A DNA stretch of 64,000 nt from Eledone cirrhosa (lineage: Eukaryota): the NCBI GenBank assembly GCA_964016885.1, contig OZ024753.1:23188001-23252000 (forward strand), in the 5' to 3' direction. Below the pieces are notes generated by a model. It was given only the letters and a program-made list of their open reading frames with translations, searched no databases and was not told the origin of the DNA. The translations under genes were made by a program, and so were the position numbers. Positions 26,401 to 40,354 of this stretch are shown one piece after another; position 1 is the first letter of the stretch; each line of letters opens with the position of its first letter.

Positions 26401-27780
26401 TATATATGATCCACAGTTCAAATTATAATCAGCAAATTTACAAGTAAGATATCCAAACTATATATTTAAATACGTTCAAATAAATAATTATCTGAATCAA
26501 AGTTATAAATATCCAAAAATTCATAGGGTATGTATATCTATCAAGTAAACAATTTATCAAACAAGTGTCCTTCATTCAAACATTAATTCTATTGTAAATG
26601 ATTAGAAGATATTAGCATTATTAAAGTTTTATAAACCGTTATGACCTATACGTTCAACAGTTAATAATAGACGTTGAAAATCAGGCTTGATTGTTTACCA
26701 TTCCATATTTAATCGACACACAATTAAACTGTCTTATTCTACAACTATGAATATGGCCCAAAACATCGCTAAAATAAACAGTATAATTCTAAATCAAAAT
26801 CAAGATAATGATATTAATACTAGTGTTAATATAAATAATAATAAATCAAAATGTACTTGTAGAAATAAACCAGATTGCCCTCTGTAAAATAATTGTTTGG
26901 ATAGAAATCTGGTGTATAAATGTACCGTAAAAACAAATAACAACACATACAACTACATAGAAGCAACTTCTTCGACATTTATATCGAGATTTGCGAATCA
27001 CAAATGCTCATTCTCGAATTTTAATTGGAAGTCTTCGACTTCTTTATCACAGCTTATATGGTCATTAAAAGACAAAAATTTGAAATACTCGATCTTTTGA
27101 TCGAAGCTTTGTAATAGTGGAATTTATACAAACTCTTCAATATCAATTAACTGCAACCTCTGTACAAAGGAGACCCTATTAATAATTAATAATTATGAAA
27201 ACTTAATTAACAAAAAAAGTGAATTATTCTCAAACTGCCTTCATAAAACTTTGTCTACATTCCAAACCTCGCATAAAGTCCGGAGAAAACAGTAAACAAT
27301 CAAGCCTGATTTTCGACGTCTATTATCAACTGTTGAACGTATAGGTCATAACGATTTATAAAATTTTAATAATGCTTTATCTTCTAATCATTTATAATAG
27401 AATTAATGTTTGAATGAAGGACACTTGTTTGATAAATTGTTTACTTGATAGATATACATACACTATGATTTTTTTGATATTTATAACTTTGATTCAGATC
27501 TTTATTTATCTCTCTCTGTTTTAAATATATAGTTTGGATATCTAATTTGTAAATTTGCTGATTATAATTTGAACTGTGGATCATTCATGCGTTTGCATAT
27601 TTTATATATTTTACTCACGTTGAGTATGTTTTGGGGGACTCAGAATGTTGGATTTGCACTTGTTTTTTTATGTATATCTAAGTATAAAATTAACAAACCA
27701 TAATAGCTGACAAATATTGGTCTATCTCTCCACTGAACTGGAGGTAAAACTACAATTATAGCATTACTAACAATGATTAT

Positions 27781-28107
27781 AATTTTTATTTTTTATTAAA
27801 TGTATACCGTTTCATTAATACCTATAATTTTATCTATATATAGTTGTACAAATATCTTTATCTTTATAAATAATTTAGACTCAAATGACATTATATATAT
27901 GTGTTTGGTTTTACCTGGAAGGTCGAACTTATATAATCATTTACTTAATACAATATGAAATAATATAATATAATTTAATTTATAATAATATATAATGTCA
28001 TTTGCCTCTAAATTATTTATAAAGATAAAGATATTTGTACAACTATATATATAGATAAAATTATAGGTATTAATGAAACGGTATACATTTAATAAAAAAT
28101 AAAAATT
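27781..28107. repeat. AT-rich inverted repeat, about 115-bp arms
   Basis: TAAATGTATACCGTTTCATTAATACC.. / ..GGTATTAATGAAACGGTATACATTTA. Confidence 0.9.
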
Positions 28108-29347
28108 GTCAGATATTATTTTGTTTTATTTTATTTTAATTAAATTTAGATTACCTTCAGCTTTTTCAAATATTCAGCGCTTCTTTATATCACATTCACT
28201 AAATTATTTTAGAGACATCTTTTCTATACTTTATTAAAACCATATTGCATTTATTTCTAATTTTGGGCATTTTTAAATTTCACAAATAATTCATTTTCTT
28301 TTATTGGTATATTTACTTATTTTTTATCTAGCCTCTATTACTAGGACTCATATAGTTTCGACTTATATCTTTATAGTATATATCAATTAAATGAAAATAT
28401 ATGATATAAAACATTAATTCTTTAACAATATTTTTAACTGTATATATTTTGAGCAATATCTTCAGGAAATTATTTACTATACTGCAATACTGCATTATTG
28501 TAATATAATAATATATTATTTATATTTGAAAGGTATCACCTCAACTATGAACAAATAATAAAGTATAATCTTGGTATATTATGATCACTACATATATACA
28601 GTTGAAAATTCTGACTTCGTTAAGTTTAATTATAAGGCCGGTTGATACTTTAGGCACTCAAACTATTTAACAATAAATTCTTTAATTATTATAAATTAAA
28701 TTAAATTATATTATAGAAGCTGTTGTCAATATTATAAGTAATTTTGGTAAAGATTACCTTCGTGGGGATATAAAATATTATATATATATATATATATTTT
28801 CTTTCTCGTGTTTCGTAAATCCTTTAAATTTGTTTTCATTAAATTTGAATTTTAGAAATTTAACATAATTATATCATAATATTAATACAAATATCTATTA
28901 ACTTTTAAAGCCTAAAATATGATTCTTTACCCTGAAATAACATAAATTAAATATTTTGAAAATTAACCGCCAACAAATCTGTGTGTATAGAAACTTGAAC
29001 ATAAATTACTCCCCTTTTGTCTCTCTCTCTCTCTCTCTCTTTAATCATCTTTCATCTGTCTTCTCAAGCCACATACTAAATATGTCATCACATCAGCTGT
29101 TTCTTCCTCTATGTTTTCCTTTACCTCCTCTTTCTCTAGTAGTTTTTAAAAATTAAAAAATATTATAACTGTTATATTGATGCCATGTATTTCTTAAAAT
29201 ATATTACTCACACCCTCTCTATTGTTTGTATTACGTTATCTCATGTTCTCAATATTAGGGTATAAATATTGAGTTTTGTCATAAGTTAATCACTAACTTG
29301 ATTAAATCTTAACCATCTACCATGTCAGAGTATGTCATGTATCATTT

Positions 29348-29413
29348 TATTTTATCTGATGAGGACGTACTGTTGAACTTAATTCAGTACCTCCGAAATA
29401 TGTATAATAAAAT
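29348..29413 (+). ncRNA. Type I hammerhead ribozyme at the PLE 3' end
   Basis: TATTTTAT-CTGATGA-GGACGTACTG..CAGTACCTCC-GAAAT ATGT ATA-ATAAAATA. Confidence 0.88.
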
Positions 29414-29454
29414 ATAATTGATCACAAGAATATCTATTTTGTTAATATTTTGAA

Positions 29455-29510
<56 letters not shown>

Positions 29511-29554
29511 CCATGATATTAAATAAATGGAAACTATATTCATAAAACCATATT

Positions 29555-29619
29555 TATTTTATTATATATATTTCTGGGGCAACGAAGCCAACCTTGGTCC
29601 GCTTTAATCAGATAAAATA
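29555..29619 (-). ncRNA. Degenerate HHR (CTGATTA core), diverged relative of 22060/24464
   Basis: Flanks (about 29516-29715) resemble the 21930-22200 repeat. G8 is changed to T. Confidence 0.55.
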
Positions 29620-30199
29620 CAAAGTTTGTTTTATAAATAAATACGTACCCATGAAGATTATACCTTATCGGTCGGAAATTTATGTTTGTCGGAATTCCAA
29701 CAAATTAAATACAACTTCTACATAATATATACATATATATTCATACATATATATACAATTTAATTTGATTTAATTTTGTATTATTTTGTTTTATTTTGAG
29801 TAACATAATTTAATATAATTTTATTTTTATTTTTGACTCGGTGAGCATGTGTGTTTGTTGTTGTTTTTGATATATTGATATTACAATAACTACGGTTCCC
29901 TATATACGGTTACCGTTATTTGTATTTCTAAACAAACGATACCTACATTTGAAATCAACTTATATACAACTTGTATAAATCTTCCTGATTCTATATCTTT
30001 AACTTATTTGGGTTTCATTCATTTAATTTATTTTACATTTATCTTATTTTATTTGATCTTAATTTATTCTGTCTCCTTTTATATTTCATGTTGATACTGT
30101 TTGTTTTTCATTTTGTTTTGGTGTTTTAATCGCGAAATATTCTTTGAACGATATTAATTATTAATATTTATAGTTGTCTTTGACCGCTCCACGTTGCTA

Positions 30200-33100
30200 T
30201 TTTTCCTCTCTCTGCATTCCTATTTCTCACGCTGTCTCTGTCTCTCTCCTTCTTCCTCCCCCCCTCTCTCTCTCTCTAGATTACACGAGCTCTCTCTAAA
30301 TCGCACCTTGAATTTCTCACCGGACTTATCTATCTCCCTCTCTCTCTAACCTTTCCCCCACTCTTCCCGCTATCTCTCTCACTCCTCTCTTCTGTCTCTC
30401 TCCACTTTCTTTTTTTCTTTATTCTTTTTCTCTCTCTTTAGATCGCACAAGCTCTCTCTCTCTCTTTCCCTCTAAATCGCGCCTTAAATTTCTCACTGGA
30501 CCTATATCTCTCTCTGTCCCTCTCTAACCTCTCCCCTGCCCTTCACACTATCTCTCTTTCTCCCCTCCACAGGGAAAAGGTGAAATTAGGAGTCAGCGAA
30601 ACTGGTCAAAGATGGAACTAGCGGTTTTGATCAAGGGGTGGAGCCTGGCTGATGGGTCACCACCAAGCAAAAAGATTGCGGAGCTTGAAGAACCATGGGT
30701 TTCTGAGGACCCTGGCGCAGATAGAGCGGAAAAGAAAAGAAATAAAGAAGGCCTATGTCCTCATAGCGCCACATATGGCGATGTTAAATTGTGTTCTCAA
30801 GGAGGATAAAAACGAAGAGAAAGGAGAAGGAAAAGAAAAGGAAGAAAGCACAAGCACGGACCTGAAATAAAATGAGATACCCGCCGGCACAGTCAGAGAG
30901 GGCAGCCCGGGCTACCAACAAGCAAACGGTAAAGGTGAGAAGCGAAATCACCTTCCGAAGGAGAACCAAGCGCAGAAGGACCAGTGGACAACCGTCCAAA
31001 GGAAGAACAGAAAGCACCGAGACACTGGGAGCAAGAAAAAACCCAGTTAATGTGCAAGTTCTTCAGAGACGGGACCTGCTGGCATGGAGAGAAAGGGATG
31101 GGCTGCAGATTCGCTAACCCCAGGCCCCAAACGAACTATGCTCATCCTACTCGCGCAACATGCCCCCGCCAATGCCAAAACAAGCCGCTCCAGAAGTATG
31201 CTGATGTCACGCGTGCCGCCCCAACAAGAGAAGGCACGCACATGCCGACAAGATACAGATGGCAGCAGCAGAGCAGAACATTTTGTTAGTGATGGCAGAG
31301 AAGATTGTGGGACAGCTGACCTGGCTGCATCATTTTCAGAGCCAGGGTCACCCACAACAACACTCGAGACCACCACAATTAAGGGGACCCAGAGTGGCCG
31401 CCGCTGACACCAGGCCAAGTGTCATACCTACAGCCATTACTGGCACCCCAAAAGTCACACCAGTGCTGCTGCTGAATGTCAGAGGCCTGGTGAATCTCAC
31501 TAACATGAGTAAAATTTCCTACCTGGGAGACTTAGTCATAAGCAATCAAGCATTATGCATGGCACTAACCGAAACGCACCTGACAAGCAGTATAGTAGAT
31601 GCAGAAATACATATACAGAAATATACTGTATTTCGTTCGGACAGGAAGGAGAGAACTCATGGTGCGGTTGCTCTGTATATCTGTGAAGATGTCACACCAA
31701 TTGTACTGTGGAAACATTCAAACTCAGTCTGTGACACACTGATAGTACATATGAAGCAACTAAAGACAGTAATATGTGTCACAAGTCGGCCGCCCTATGT
31801 CCCCAGGCATGAGGGCAAATTTGAGGATAGCCTTATTAGGATAGAAGAAGTCCTTGACAAACTGGACCAGGGTCTCAACATTCCACTGCTGGGCGACTTC
31901 AACCTGCAAAAGGTCAAATGGCCTGAGGGCTACCTCCTCCCTGGAATGACGTCAATAGAACAGAGACAAATGGAATCCCTGCTGGCCCTCACACACAGGC
32001 TGTTCATGGAACAAGCAGTACTCCTCCCAACAAGAGGCGAAAATGTCCTGGACCTCTGTTTTACAAACAACGAAGTGCTCATCCACAATGTAAAGGTGAC
32101 ACCAACAATTTTCGTGGATCATAACTTAGTAGAACTAATGATATGTGATCCGAGAGAACCAACAGAGACACAACCATTAAGGAGCACCGGGACTTTATCC
32201 AGCATTAACCTCTACACGGCTAACTGGAAAAAGATCAAGAGAGAAATCCGGAAGCAAGTATTGAGCGAAAACACCGCCACAAAAATCACCAACACACAAT
32301 TTCAACACTTTATGACAACGATACACACTTTATGCAAAAGTTTTGTCCCGGAGAAAAGGGCTAGCTGACACAAAAATCTTGTTCTCAGAGATAGGAAAAT
32401 CCTTATGAGACGTAGAACCAAGCACCCAAACCAGTAGAATGCACAAGAAAACAAAAACAAAAAGGAATCCTATTTGAAACGTGCACTACTTGACACCGAG
32501 ATTGCACTCAATATGAAAACAAACCCTAAGGCCTTCTTTAAATTTGCAAATGAAACTGCCTCAGTACACTGCAAGATTGGGCCACTCTTCCATACAGAGG
32601 CTTCATTAACCGTGAATCCCCAAGAGTATGTGAAATACTGAACGAATAGTACAAAAGTGTGTTCATATATCCACTGAGGCCCATGCAAATAACAAAGCCA
32701 GAGGAGTTATTTGATGCCACAACACTACATTAAGAAATGGTGACCATCAACCCCATAGACATAACGGAGGAGGATGTGGTGTACGCCATAGATGAAATTA
32801 GAACAGACTCAGCTGCTGGACCTGATGGATTCCCAGCAGTCCTCTTAAAAACATGTAAGCGGGCCTTAGCAACTCCACTGAAGATGCTCTTCAGAAGCTT
32901 CTTGGCTAGCGGTACACTACCCAGGGAGCTGAAAGAAGGCACAATATGCCCTATCCATAAAGGAGGTAGCAGAACGGAGGCCAACAACTAAAGGCCCGTC
33001 TCCCTGACGTCACATATCAGTAAGGTCATGGAGCGAGTCGTCAGAAAGAAACTGATCACTTTCCTCGAGGAAAATGACCGCCTGACTAGCACGCAGCATG

Positions 33101-34420
33101 GCTTCCGCCCAGGAAGAAGCTGCCTTACACAGCTGCTACATCACTACGACTGGGTACTGAAACAGCTGCTAGACAGCTCACATGTGGACGTGATATATCT
33201 TGACTTTGCGAAGGCCTTTGACAAGGTCGACCACGGAAGGATATGTCACAAACTACAGGGACTCGGTATAACTGGAAAAGTAGCTGAGTGGCTGCATGAC
33301 TTCTTAAAGGACAGAAGCCAGACAGTCGCAGCAAACGGGGCCCTCTCAAAGGAAACATCAATAACAAGTGGGGTGCCCCAAGGCACAGTCCTGGGACCAC
33401 TACTGTTTTTGGTGGCTCTGTCAGACATGCCCTATGTAGTATATACAACAACATCCCTCAGTTGCTATGCTGATGACACTAAGGTAGCACAGGCAATCAA
33501 AAACCCGGTTGACGCTGCCCTTTTACAACAAGATCTGGATGCCATATCCAAATAGGCGGAAGAAAACAACATGCTGTTTAATGCTGGAAAATGTCAATCC
33601 TACAATACAAACCTGCAAACACAAATATAGTACAACACATTTACGCAGGACCAGGAGGGATCGATATCCTCGTGTCAAAATCGATACGAGACTTGGGTAT
33701 AGACATGAGCGATGATGCATCTTTTTACTCACACATCATGAAAGTGGCGACAATGTGCAGACGAATCGCTGGCTGGATCTTGAGGACTTTCCGGACAAGA
33801 GACTGAGACACCATGTTGACACTATGGAGGACATTTGTCCTAAGCCGCCTGGACTATTGCTCCCATTTGTGGTCACCCCATAGTGTCAAACGAACCACGG
33901 AGCTTGAGGCAATCCAGCGAAGCTACACCAAGAGGATTGTCACGATGAAGGAGACAAGCTACTGGGAGAGGCTAAAAGAACAGAACCTCTACTCCTTGGA
34001 ACGAAGACGGGAGAGATACGCAGTGATCTACATTTGGAAAATCCTGGAGGGACTAGCACCAAACTTTGGCATTGGGAGCTGGACCAACCGTCACTGTGTG
34101 GTTCCAAAGGTCCCGTCTTCCATATCTAGAATAAGGAGCAGATATTGCAATAGCCTGGGATTCAAGGGCCCTGAACTCTTCAACAAGCTGCCAAGGGATC
34201 TAAGAGATCTGCATGGTGTGGAAACATCTCGACACCTTGCTATCCAGGATCCCGGATGAGCCCACAGTAAGGCACGAGGGAAACCTAAGGGTAGCAGCAA
34301 CAACTCCCTGTTACACCAGTGGTCAACCAATACAGGCTGGAGATAAAATGTGTAGGATCAAGGGCGGTGCCCCAGCATGGCCTCAGCTGGATGGCTGGAA
34401 CAGGTAAAAGAGTAAAAGAG
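30200..34420 (+). mobile_element. Nearly full-length decayed CR1-type LINE: pyrimidine-rich tandem 5' region, ORF1 remnant with CCCH-like finger, ORF2 APE endonuclease plus RT
   Basis: CKFFRDGTCWHG..CRF; LNVRGL, LTETHL, GDFN, TRGENVLDL, DHN; QHGFRPGRSC, YLDFAKAFD, SGVPQGTVLGP, YADD. Several stops. GTAAAAGAGTAAAAGAG tail runs into (TA)n. Confidence 0.93.
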
Positions 34421-34446
34421 TATATATATATATATATATATATATA

Positions 34447-34618
34447 TAGGAGTAAGTAAGACCCCGACGTAAGTAAGACCCAGTACAGAATTAGCCGTCG
34501 AAACGGCTTGAGCTCAGCCGTCGGGGTCTTACTTACTCCTATTACCCACTCTACTACCCTAAGTATTGAGTACTTTGGTGCGTTATGGTCCACCTGGTTC
34601 CTTACCACTTTTCCCTCG

Positions 34619-34620
<2 letters not shown>
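34447..34620. repeat. Family C short TA-embedded element with terminal fold-back
   Basis: TAGGAGTAAGTAAGACCCCGACG / CGTCGGGGTCTTACTTACTCCTA. Related copies at 37779-37983, 38022-38177, 44180-44240 and 44705-44792. Confidence 0.85.
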
Positions 34621-34660
<40 letters not shown>

Positions 34661-35842
34661 CCAGTGCAAGGCGCTTACAATAGTCCACTACGATGATAAA
34701 AAGGTAGGGAGCCGATGTATCTCGCTGGAGTACTCCAGCCAGTATCTCAAAGAAGTCTGTCATCCCATCAGGTGTAATGACTTGGGCTTTGGTGTTGGTG
34801 CAGAGCAGTGATATCAGATCCATTAACTTCTTGGGGATTCCATAAGCCTGTCAGGCAGTGACGGTCCACAGAATCAAAGGCCTTCCTAAAGTCAATGAAA
34901 ACCATGATCACAGCAAGGCACTTTGCTACTTTGCTCTAGCTCCTTCTAATATCCTCCTCATCACCAGGATGTGACTGGTGGTTGATCTTCCCTCTCTGAA
35001 GCCGTTCTGGATTTACTGTAGCACCGGCTCAGAGCAGGAGAGTTAAGGCGAAAAAGATATCGGATGCTGTATTTGCCGACGACATAGTTTTGGTGACAAA
35101 TACAGTGAAGGAGGCAGATGATTTGATGCGGGAGGTTGAGACTGTGACGATGAGTGTGGGGCTGAGAATGAATGAGACTAAAACAAAATATCTGGTAGAG
35201 AATGTTGAGAAGCCAGAGGGGATCATTAATGTAGGCGGGAAGCCGCTAGAATTAGTTGAGGACTTCCTGTATTTGGGAGCAAAGATTGGGAATACGGAAG
35301 ATGATGTTGTTGAGAGGAAGAGCAAGGCCTGAGCGGCGTGCCACAGCTTGAGATCGGTGTGGAAGTCGGACCTTCATAGAGACCTGAAAATCCGCCTCTT
35401 CATTGCTGTGGTGGAGTCTGTGCTGCTGTACGGGTCTGAGTCTTGGACACTGACCAAGAAACTCACTCAGATGGTGGATGGGTGCTACACGAGGATGCTG
35501 AGGATGGCTCTGAACATTAATCAATATGATTAATCAGTATACACTGAGAATGAAAACAGAGCTGTATGGGAGCCTCCCAAAAGTCAGCTTAAAAGTGATA
35601 CAGAGCAGACTGAGGTTAGCTGGACATGCTCACCGACATCCAGAGTTGACATTGCACTCAGTGCTCCTATTGGGAGCCCCTACATGGACACACTGGAAGA
35701 GGGAGACCAAGGTTAACGTATGTTGATGCCCTAAGGACAGACACTGGTCTGATGGAGACGCACGACATGGCAGCGATAATGAGGGACAGAGGCAGCTGGA
35801 GAGAACTCGTCCATGGATCTCGGGAATTTTACCCGCCCTGGA
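34661..35842 (+). mobile_element. RTE LINE with 5' inversion (34661-~35011 antisense, ~35012-35842 sense)
   Basis: The minus part encodes QNGFR..DFRKAFDSV..GVLQ..APYLFIIVVD..RLAL. The plus part resumes at [10 protein letters not shown] and closely matches 20154-20970. Confidence 0.92.
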
Positions 35843-36034
35843 ATATATGCATATATATATATATATATATATTTATACACCTTAAGATTGAGACATGAAA
35901 AAACTTACATATAATACATATAATACAGAGGGTGCGTGTGAGAAAGCTTAAAAATACATAACAGCAATTTACATAACTGTTGGAGATTCAAATAATTTAA
36001 ATTATGATTTATTCATTGAACCTTGTTTAACCTT

Positions 36035-36070
<36 letters not shown>

Positions 36071-36207
36071 GTAAAAGATTATCCAAGATGTAGTGATGGT
36101 TAATTACTACACTGGATATGGTTGACGTACGGTAAGAGGTTACTCTACGAGTTATGGAAGAATTGTTCAAGAAACTTAGTTCCTGATCCATCAGTATTCC
36201 GGAGTGT

Positions 36208-36644
36208 ATATAAAGAATGAATAATAACAGGTAGACATCATAAAAAGGTAGTTTATTCCGTGTGCTTACAAGTGTTTCCACGGTGGTACTGCAGCCTAGT
36301 TCCGCTACGTGCAAATTCACAAGTATTTGCAGAACTCGAATATCCAATGCTGTGACCACTGTTTCCTCAGAGCAGAATGGTAAATATACAATGTAAAAAC
36401 CCTTAAGTGGGGTTGTTGGGGAAGATAGAGTGGAACAGGAAGAGAGAAAAGTAGGGAGGAAGGAGAGAGAAGGAAAGATATGCAGGGGTTGGAGAAGTAG
36501 GAGAGAGTGGCTTGTAGATATCGAGTTCTGCAAATACTTATGAATTTGCACGTAGCGGAACTAGGCTGCAGTACCACCGTGGAAACACTTGTAAGCACAC
36601 GGAATAAACTACCTTTTTATGATGTCTACCTGTTATTATTCATT

Positions 36645-36652
<8 letters not shown>
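36208..36652. repeat. Inverted repeat, about 135-bp arms, about 175-bp spacer, ending in (TA)n
   Basis: Mirror peptide RVLQIL.NLHVAELGCSTTVETLVSTRNK on both strands. Confidence 0.93.
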
Positions 36653-36718
<66 letters not shown>

Positions 36719-37246
36719 GAAAGTATAGAAATTATAAATGAAAGTATAGAAATTATTGTGAGCGTGAAGCCAACAGTATTTCATAATATATAAGTGACTA
36801 TAACGTCAAAATGGAAAATAATTAAAGTAAGATGTGGGAAAATAATTCAAACTTAATTTTTAAAAATCAAGACATAGATTTATCCATAGAATTTTGTGAA
36901 ATCCAGGGAAAAATCAATAGAGCCTTAACTCTGAATAAAATAAAGTTTAAAAACTCATCCTTCAATTTGGAAAAATTTCAAATGCTCTATATAGTCTTAA
37001 AAAAATTATTTCACTAAACTTTCAGTGGGGAGGGTCACGGTTGGAGTCGTTCATCAGTAGAGCTCCACACGATAACCCTAAACCACTGCCAGAATATGCC
37101 AAAAAGGGAATTTAAAAGCAGGCTAGTTTAACTCATGCGTAAATATGAAAATATATATATAGTAATAATAATAAAATTGAAGACTAAAATCCAAAGAGTG
37201 CTCGATAAGGAAAATATATATCAAATATATAAGAACCGTAGAACAA

Positions 37247-37586
37247 ATATTTATTAAAATAACAGATTAAAGTTTAAGCAAAGAATCGCTGCTTTCACCC
37301 TTAACGGGATCTTCTGAAACTAACAAAGTCAATCTGTAAACGCAGAACTGGATGTTTCAAAAAACGTTGCAACCGGAGGAAGACAGGAAGACGATACTTT
37401 GGTTCGTGGAAACGTTCGCTGGCAAAGAATTCCACGAACCAAAGTATCGTCTTCCTGTCTTCCTCCGGTTGCAACGTTTTTTGAAATATCCAGTTCTGCG
37501 TTTACAGATTGACTTTGTTAGTTTCAGAAGATCCCGTTAAGGGTGAAAGCAGCGATTCTTTGCTTAAACTTTAATCTGTTATTTTA

Positions 37587-37594
<8 letters not shown>
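37247..37594. repeat. Near-perfect palindrome, about 165-bp arms, about 18-nt spacer, ending in (TA)n
   Basis: ..GGTTCGTGGAA-ACGTTCGCTGGCAAAGAA-TTCCACGAACC.. Confidence 0.96.
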
Positions 37595-37678
<84 letters not shown>

Positions 37679-37778
37679 GAAAACATGGAGAAAAAGACGA
37701 TTATTAGGAAGAAAAATATACACATATATATATATATACTTTAATCTGTTATTTTAATATATATATATATATATATAT

Positions 37779-37982
37779 AGGAACCAGTAAGACCCCGACA
37801 GCTGAGCTCAAGCCGTTTCGACGGCTAATTCTGGACTAGCCGTTCAATTCAGAATTAGCCGTCGAAACGGCTTGAGCTCAGCTGTCGGGGTCTTACTGGT
37901 TCCTATTACCCACTCTACTACCCCAAGTATTGAGTACTTTGGTGCGTTATAGTCCACCTGGTTCCTTACCACATTTCCTTCG

Positions 37983-38021
<39 letters not shown>

Positions 38022-38177
38022 TAACGAAGGAGTTGTGGTAAGGAGCCAGTTGGACCATAACGCACCAGAGTACTCAATACTTAGGGTGGTAGAGTGGGTA
38101 ATAGGAGAAAGTATGACCCCCGACGGCAGAGCTCAAGCCGTTTCGACGGCTATTTAGTCCAGAAATAGCCGTCGAAA
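37779..38177. repeat. Family C cluster: inverted copies around a (TA)n tract with short terminal fold-backs
   Basis: AGCCGTCGAAACGGCTTGAGCTC occurs in both orientations several times. Confidence 0.88.
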
Positions 38178-38325
38178 TATAGATATATATATTGTAAGCA
38201 AAAAAGTGTTGGTAAAATCCAGTACTTCAGTATGCGGATAGGGAGCACTCAACGAAGATATAAATTCCGGAGTTATAATAGTGACGAAACATAAGTCAAT
38301 TGTATGAACTCTTAATCCTTTATTT

Positions 38326-38381
38326 ACTGCTATATATATTTCGATGATAGCCATTGTATGGCTATGGCCTCATCAGGCAGT
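38326..38381 (-). ncRNA. Type I hammerhead ribozyme
   Basis: ACTGC-CTGATGA-GGCC ATAGCCAT ACA ATGGCTAT CATC-GAAAT ATAT ATA-GCAGT. Confidence 0.88.
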
Positions 38382-39029
38382 CAGTAAGTTCTTAGATATG
38401 CCAGCTCTGGGTTTTTGGTGTTGATGGTTTTAGAGCCTTGGGACATATGAGCTTGTTAGGGATAATTTAATGTTGTCAGCAGGAATAATCTTAATTCTCA
38501 TTGGTCAGCTTGTTATTGCTAGTAGGATTGGTATTTGACCTCAAAGAGGTCGGTGTTGTTGTAAAGTTCAGACCGTCACGCAAGATGACAATAGTTGCAT
38601 ATGACTGATTTTCACAAAAAGCATTCCTGGTTCAATTGAGGTTTATAGTGTGAAATACTACAGGGCATTCTTAATTGAGGAATTTATGTGGGGCGGTAAT
38701 AGTGCAATTTATGGTTAGAGTGAAATACTTACAAAGTTTACATATAAAAAGACTTATGTTGGTTGACTTGTACATGCACTCACACCCACCCTCAATTTAA
38801 GAATGCCCTGTAGCATATTGCTATAAACAAAGAAAAAATTTACAAAAAGGACAACAATAACATATAATGTCTTTGTTGAGATTCAAGTAAATAAATGCTT
38901 AAGCGTCGTTCTGACTACGTTTGTTTTTGTATAAATTCATCTGTTGCTTTTTAATATTTGTTATTTGATGTAAAATGTAATGGTGTAAAATGTAATGGTC
39001 AAATACCGGTCGCTCTCCGACAGGTTTGC

Positions 39030-39215
39030 GGTCGTACCCTGGCAGTGGAGACTTCTGGCGTCCTTGGCCACAGGGCTACCTCCTTACTCACCACCATAGG
39101 CACTGAGCTGGCCAGCCGCAGGTGTGAGCCCCGCGAGTTGGAGTGGCTTTTCCAGCGCGTCTCCCTTGCCGTCCTCCGGGGAAACGCCTTCTCCATTCTG
39201 TCCGCCGGGGCTGTG
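39030..39215 (+). mobile_element. C-terminal restriction-like endonuclease fragment of a CRE-like non-LTR element
   Basis: LAVETSGVLG..ELEWLFQRVSLAVLRGNAFSIL resembles the CRE C-terminal motif (VET.G..G...QR.S.A..RGNA). GC-rich island. Confidence 0.65.
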
Positions 39216-39431
39216 GGTGGGCCCCATCGCGTACCGTTGTAGTTGTTGTATACAGATATTAACTCACTTAGAAAATGTTTTGAATCAAATGTATTTAGTT
39301 TTATCGGCTTTTTAAGTTTTGTTATTTGATGTATGAGCGTCGTTGTGACTATGTTTGGTGTTGTATAAATTGATGTGTTGCTTAGTTTTCAAAGTTTATG
39401 TCGCGTTCCTGAACGAAGTTTTGTCGCTGTT

Positions 39432-40181
39432 AGAGTTGCAGAGGAGATTGAGAGGGGAGTAGAGGGAGGGATGAACCACCTTTTAAAGAGAGTTGCAGAG
39501 GAGATTGAGAGGAGAGTAGAGGGAGGGCTGAACCACCTTTTAAAGAGAGTTGCAGAGGAGATTGAGAGGGGAGTAGAGGGAGGGATGAACCACCTTTTAA
39601 AGAGAGTTGCAGAGGAGATTGAGAGGGGAGTAGAGGGAGGGCTGAACCACCTTTTAAAGAGAGTTGCAGAGGAGATTGAGAGGGGAGTAGAGGGAGGGCT
39701 GAACCACCTTTTAAAGAGAGTTGCAGAGGAGATTGAGAGGGGAGTAGAGGGAGGGCTGAACCACCTTTTAAAGAGAGTTGCAGAGGAGATTGAGAGGGGA
39801 GTAGAGGGAGGGCTGAACCACCTTTTAAAGAGAGTTGCAGAGGAGATTGAGAGGGGAGTAGAGGGAGGGCTGAACCACCTTTTAAAGAGAGTTGCAGAGG
39901 AGATTGAGAGGGGAGTAGAGGGAGGGCTGAACCACCTTTTAAAGAGAGTTGCAGAGGAGATTGAGAGGGGAGTAGAGGGAGGGCTGAACCACCTTTTAAA
40001 GAGAGTTGCAGAGGAGATTGAGAGGGGAGTAGAGGGAGGGCTGAACCACCTTTTAAAGAGAGTTGCAGAGGAGATTGAGAGGGGAGTAGAGGGAGGGCTG
40101 AACCACCTTTTAAAGAGAGTTGCAGAGGAGATTGAGAGGGAAGTAGAGGGAGGGATGAACCACCTTTTAAAGAGAGTTGCA
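39432..40181. repeat. 57-bp purine-rich minisatellite, about 13 near-identical copies
   Basis: AGAGTTGCAGAGGAGATTGAGAGGGGAGTAGAGGGAGGGCTGAACCACCTTTTAAAG. Confidence 0.97.
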
Positions 40182-40354
40182 ACATGTATGTAGTTTTATC
40201 GATTTTTGAGGGTAGTAGAGAGAGGGATTAAGCGTGTAAGAGGGAGGGTTACAGCATGTATTTAGTTTTATCGATTTTTTTCATAGAAGGAGTACGTTTT
40301 TGGCAAAGTTCATTACGCGGGGACAATCGTTGGTAAATTTGGAGAATTTAAGCA

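Larger units (their letters stand above)
26406..29456 (+). mobile_element. 5'-truncated Hydra-like PLE (linker plus GIY-YIG, about 26695-27260) with upstream inverted copy of its 3' region and a terminal HHR
   Basis: IFNRHTIKLSYSTT, CTCRNKPDCPL, YNYIEATSSTFISRFANH. 26406-26697 is the reverse complement of about 27294-27584. Confidence 0.82.

Noticed and set aside
37020-37065. Minus-strand CTGATGA...GAAAG
   Set aside because: No stem II pairing and no NUH/stem I.
37518-37562. CAGAAGA-TCCCGTTAAGGGT-GAAAGC inside the palindrome
   Set aside because: Stem II is plausible, but the core is altered and stems I and III are unsupported. At best a relic.
38245-38305. Plus-strand GACGAAACATAAGTC half-hammerhead
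   Set aside because: No CUGANGA upstream (only ACGAAGA).
39375-40193. 272-aa ORF of 19-aa helical repeats
   Set aside because: The unit length is a multiple of 3, the opposite strand is also open, there is no ATG start, and the ORF barely extends beyond the minisatellite.
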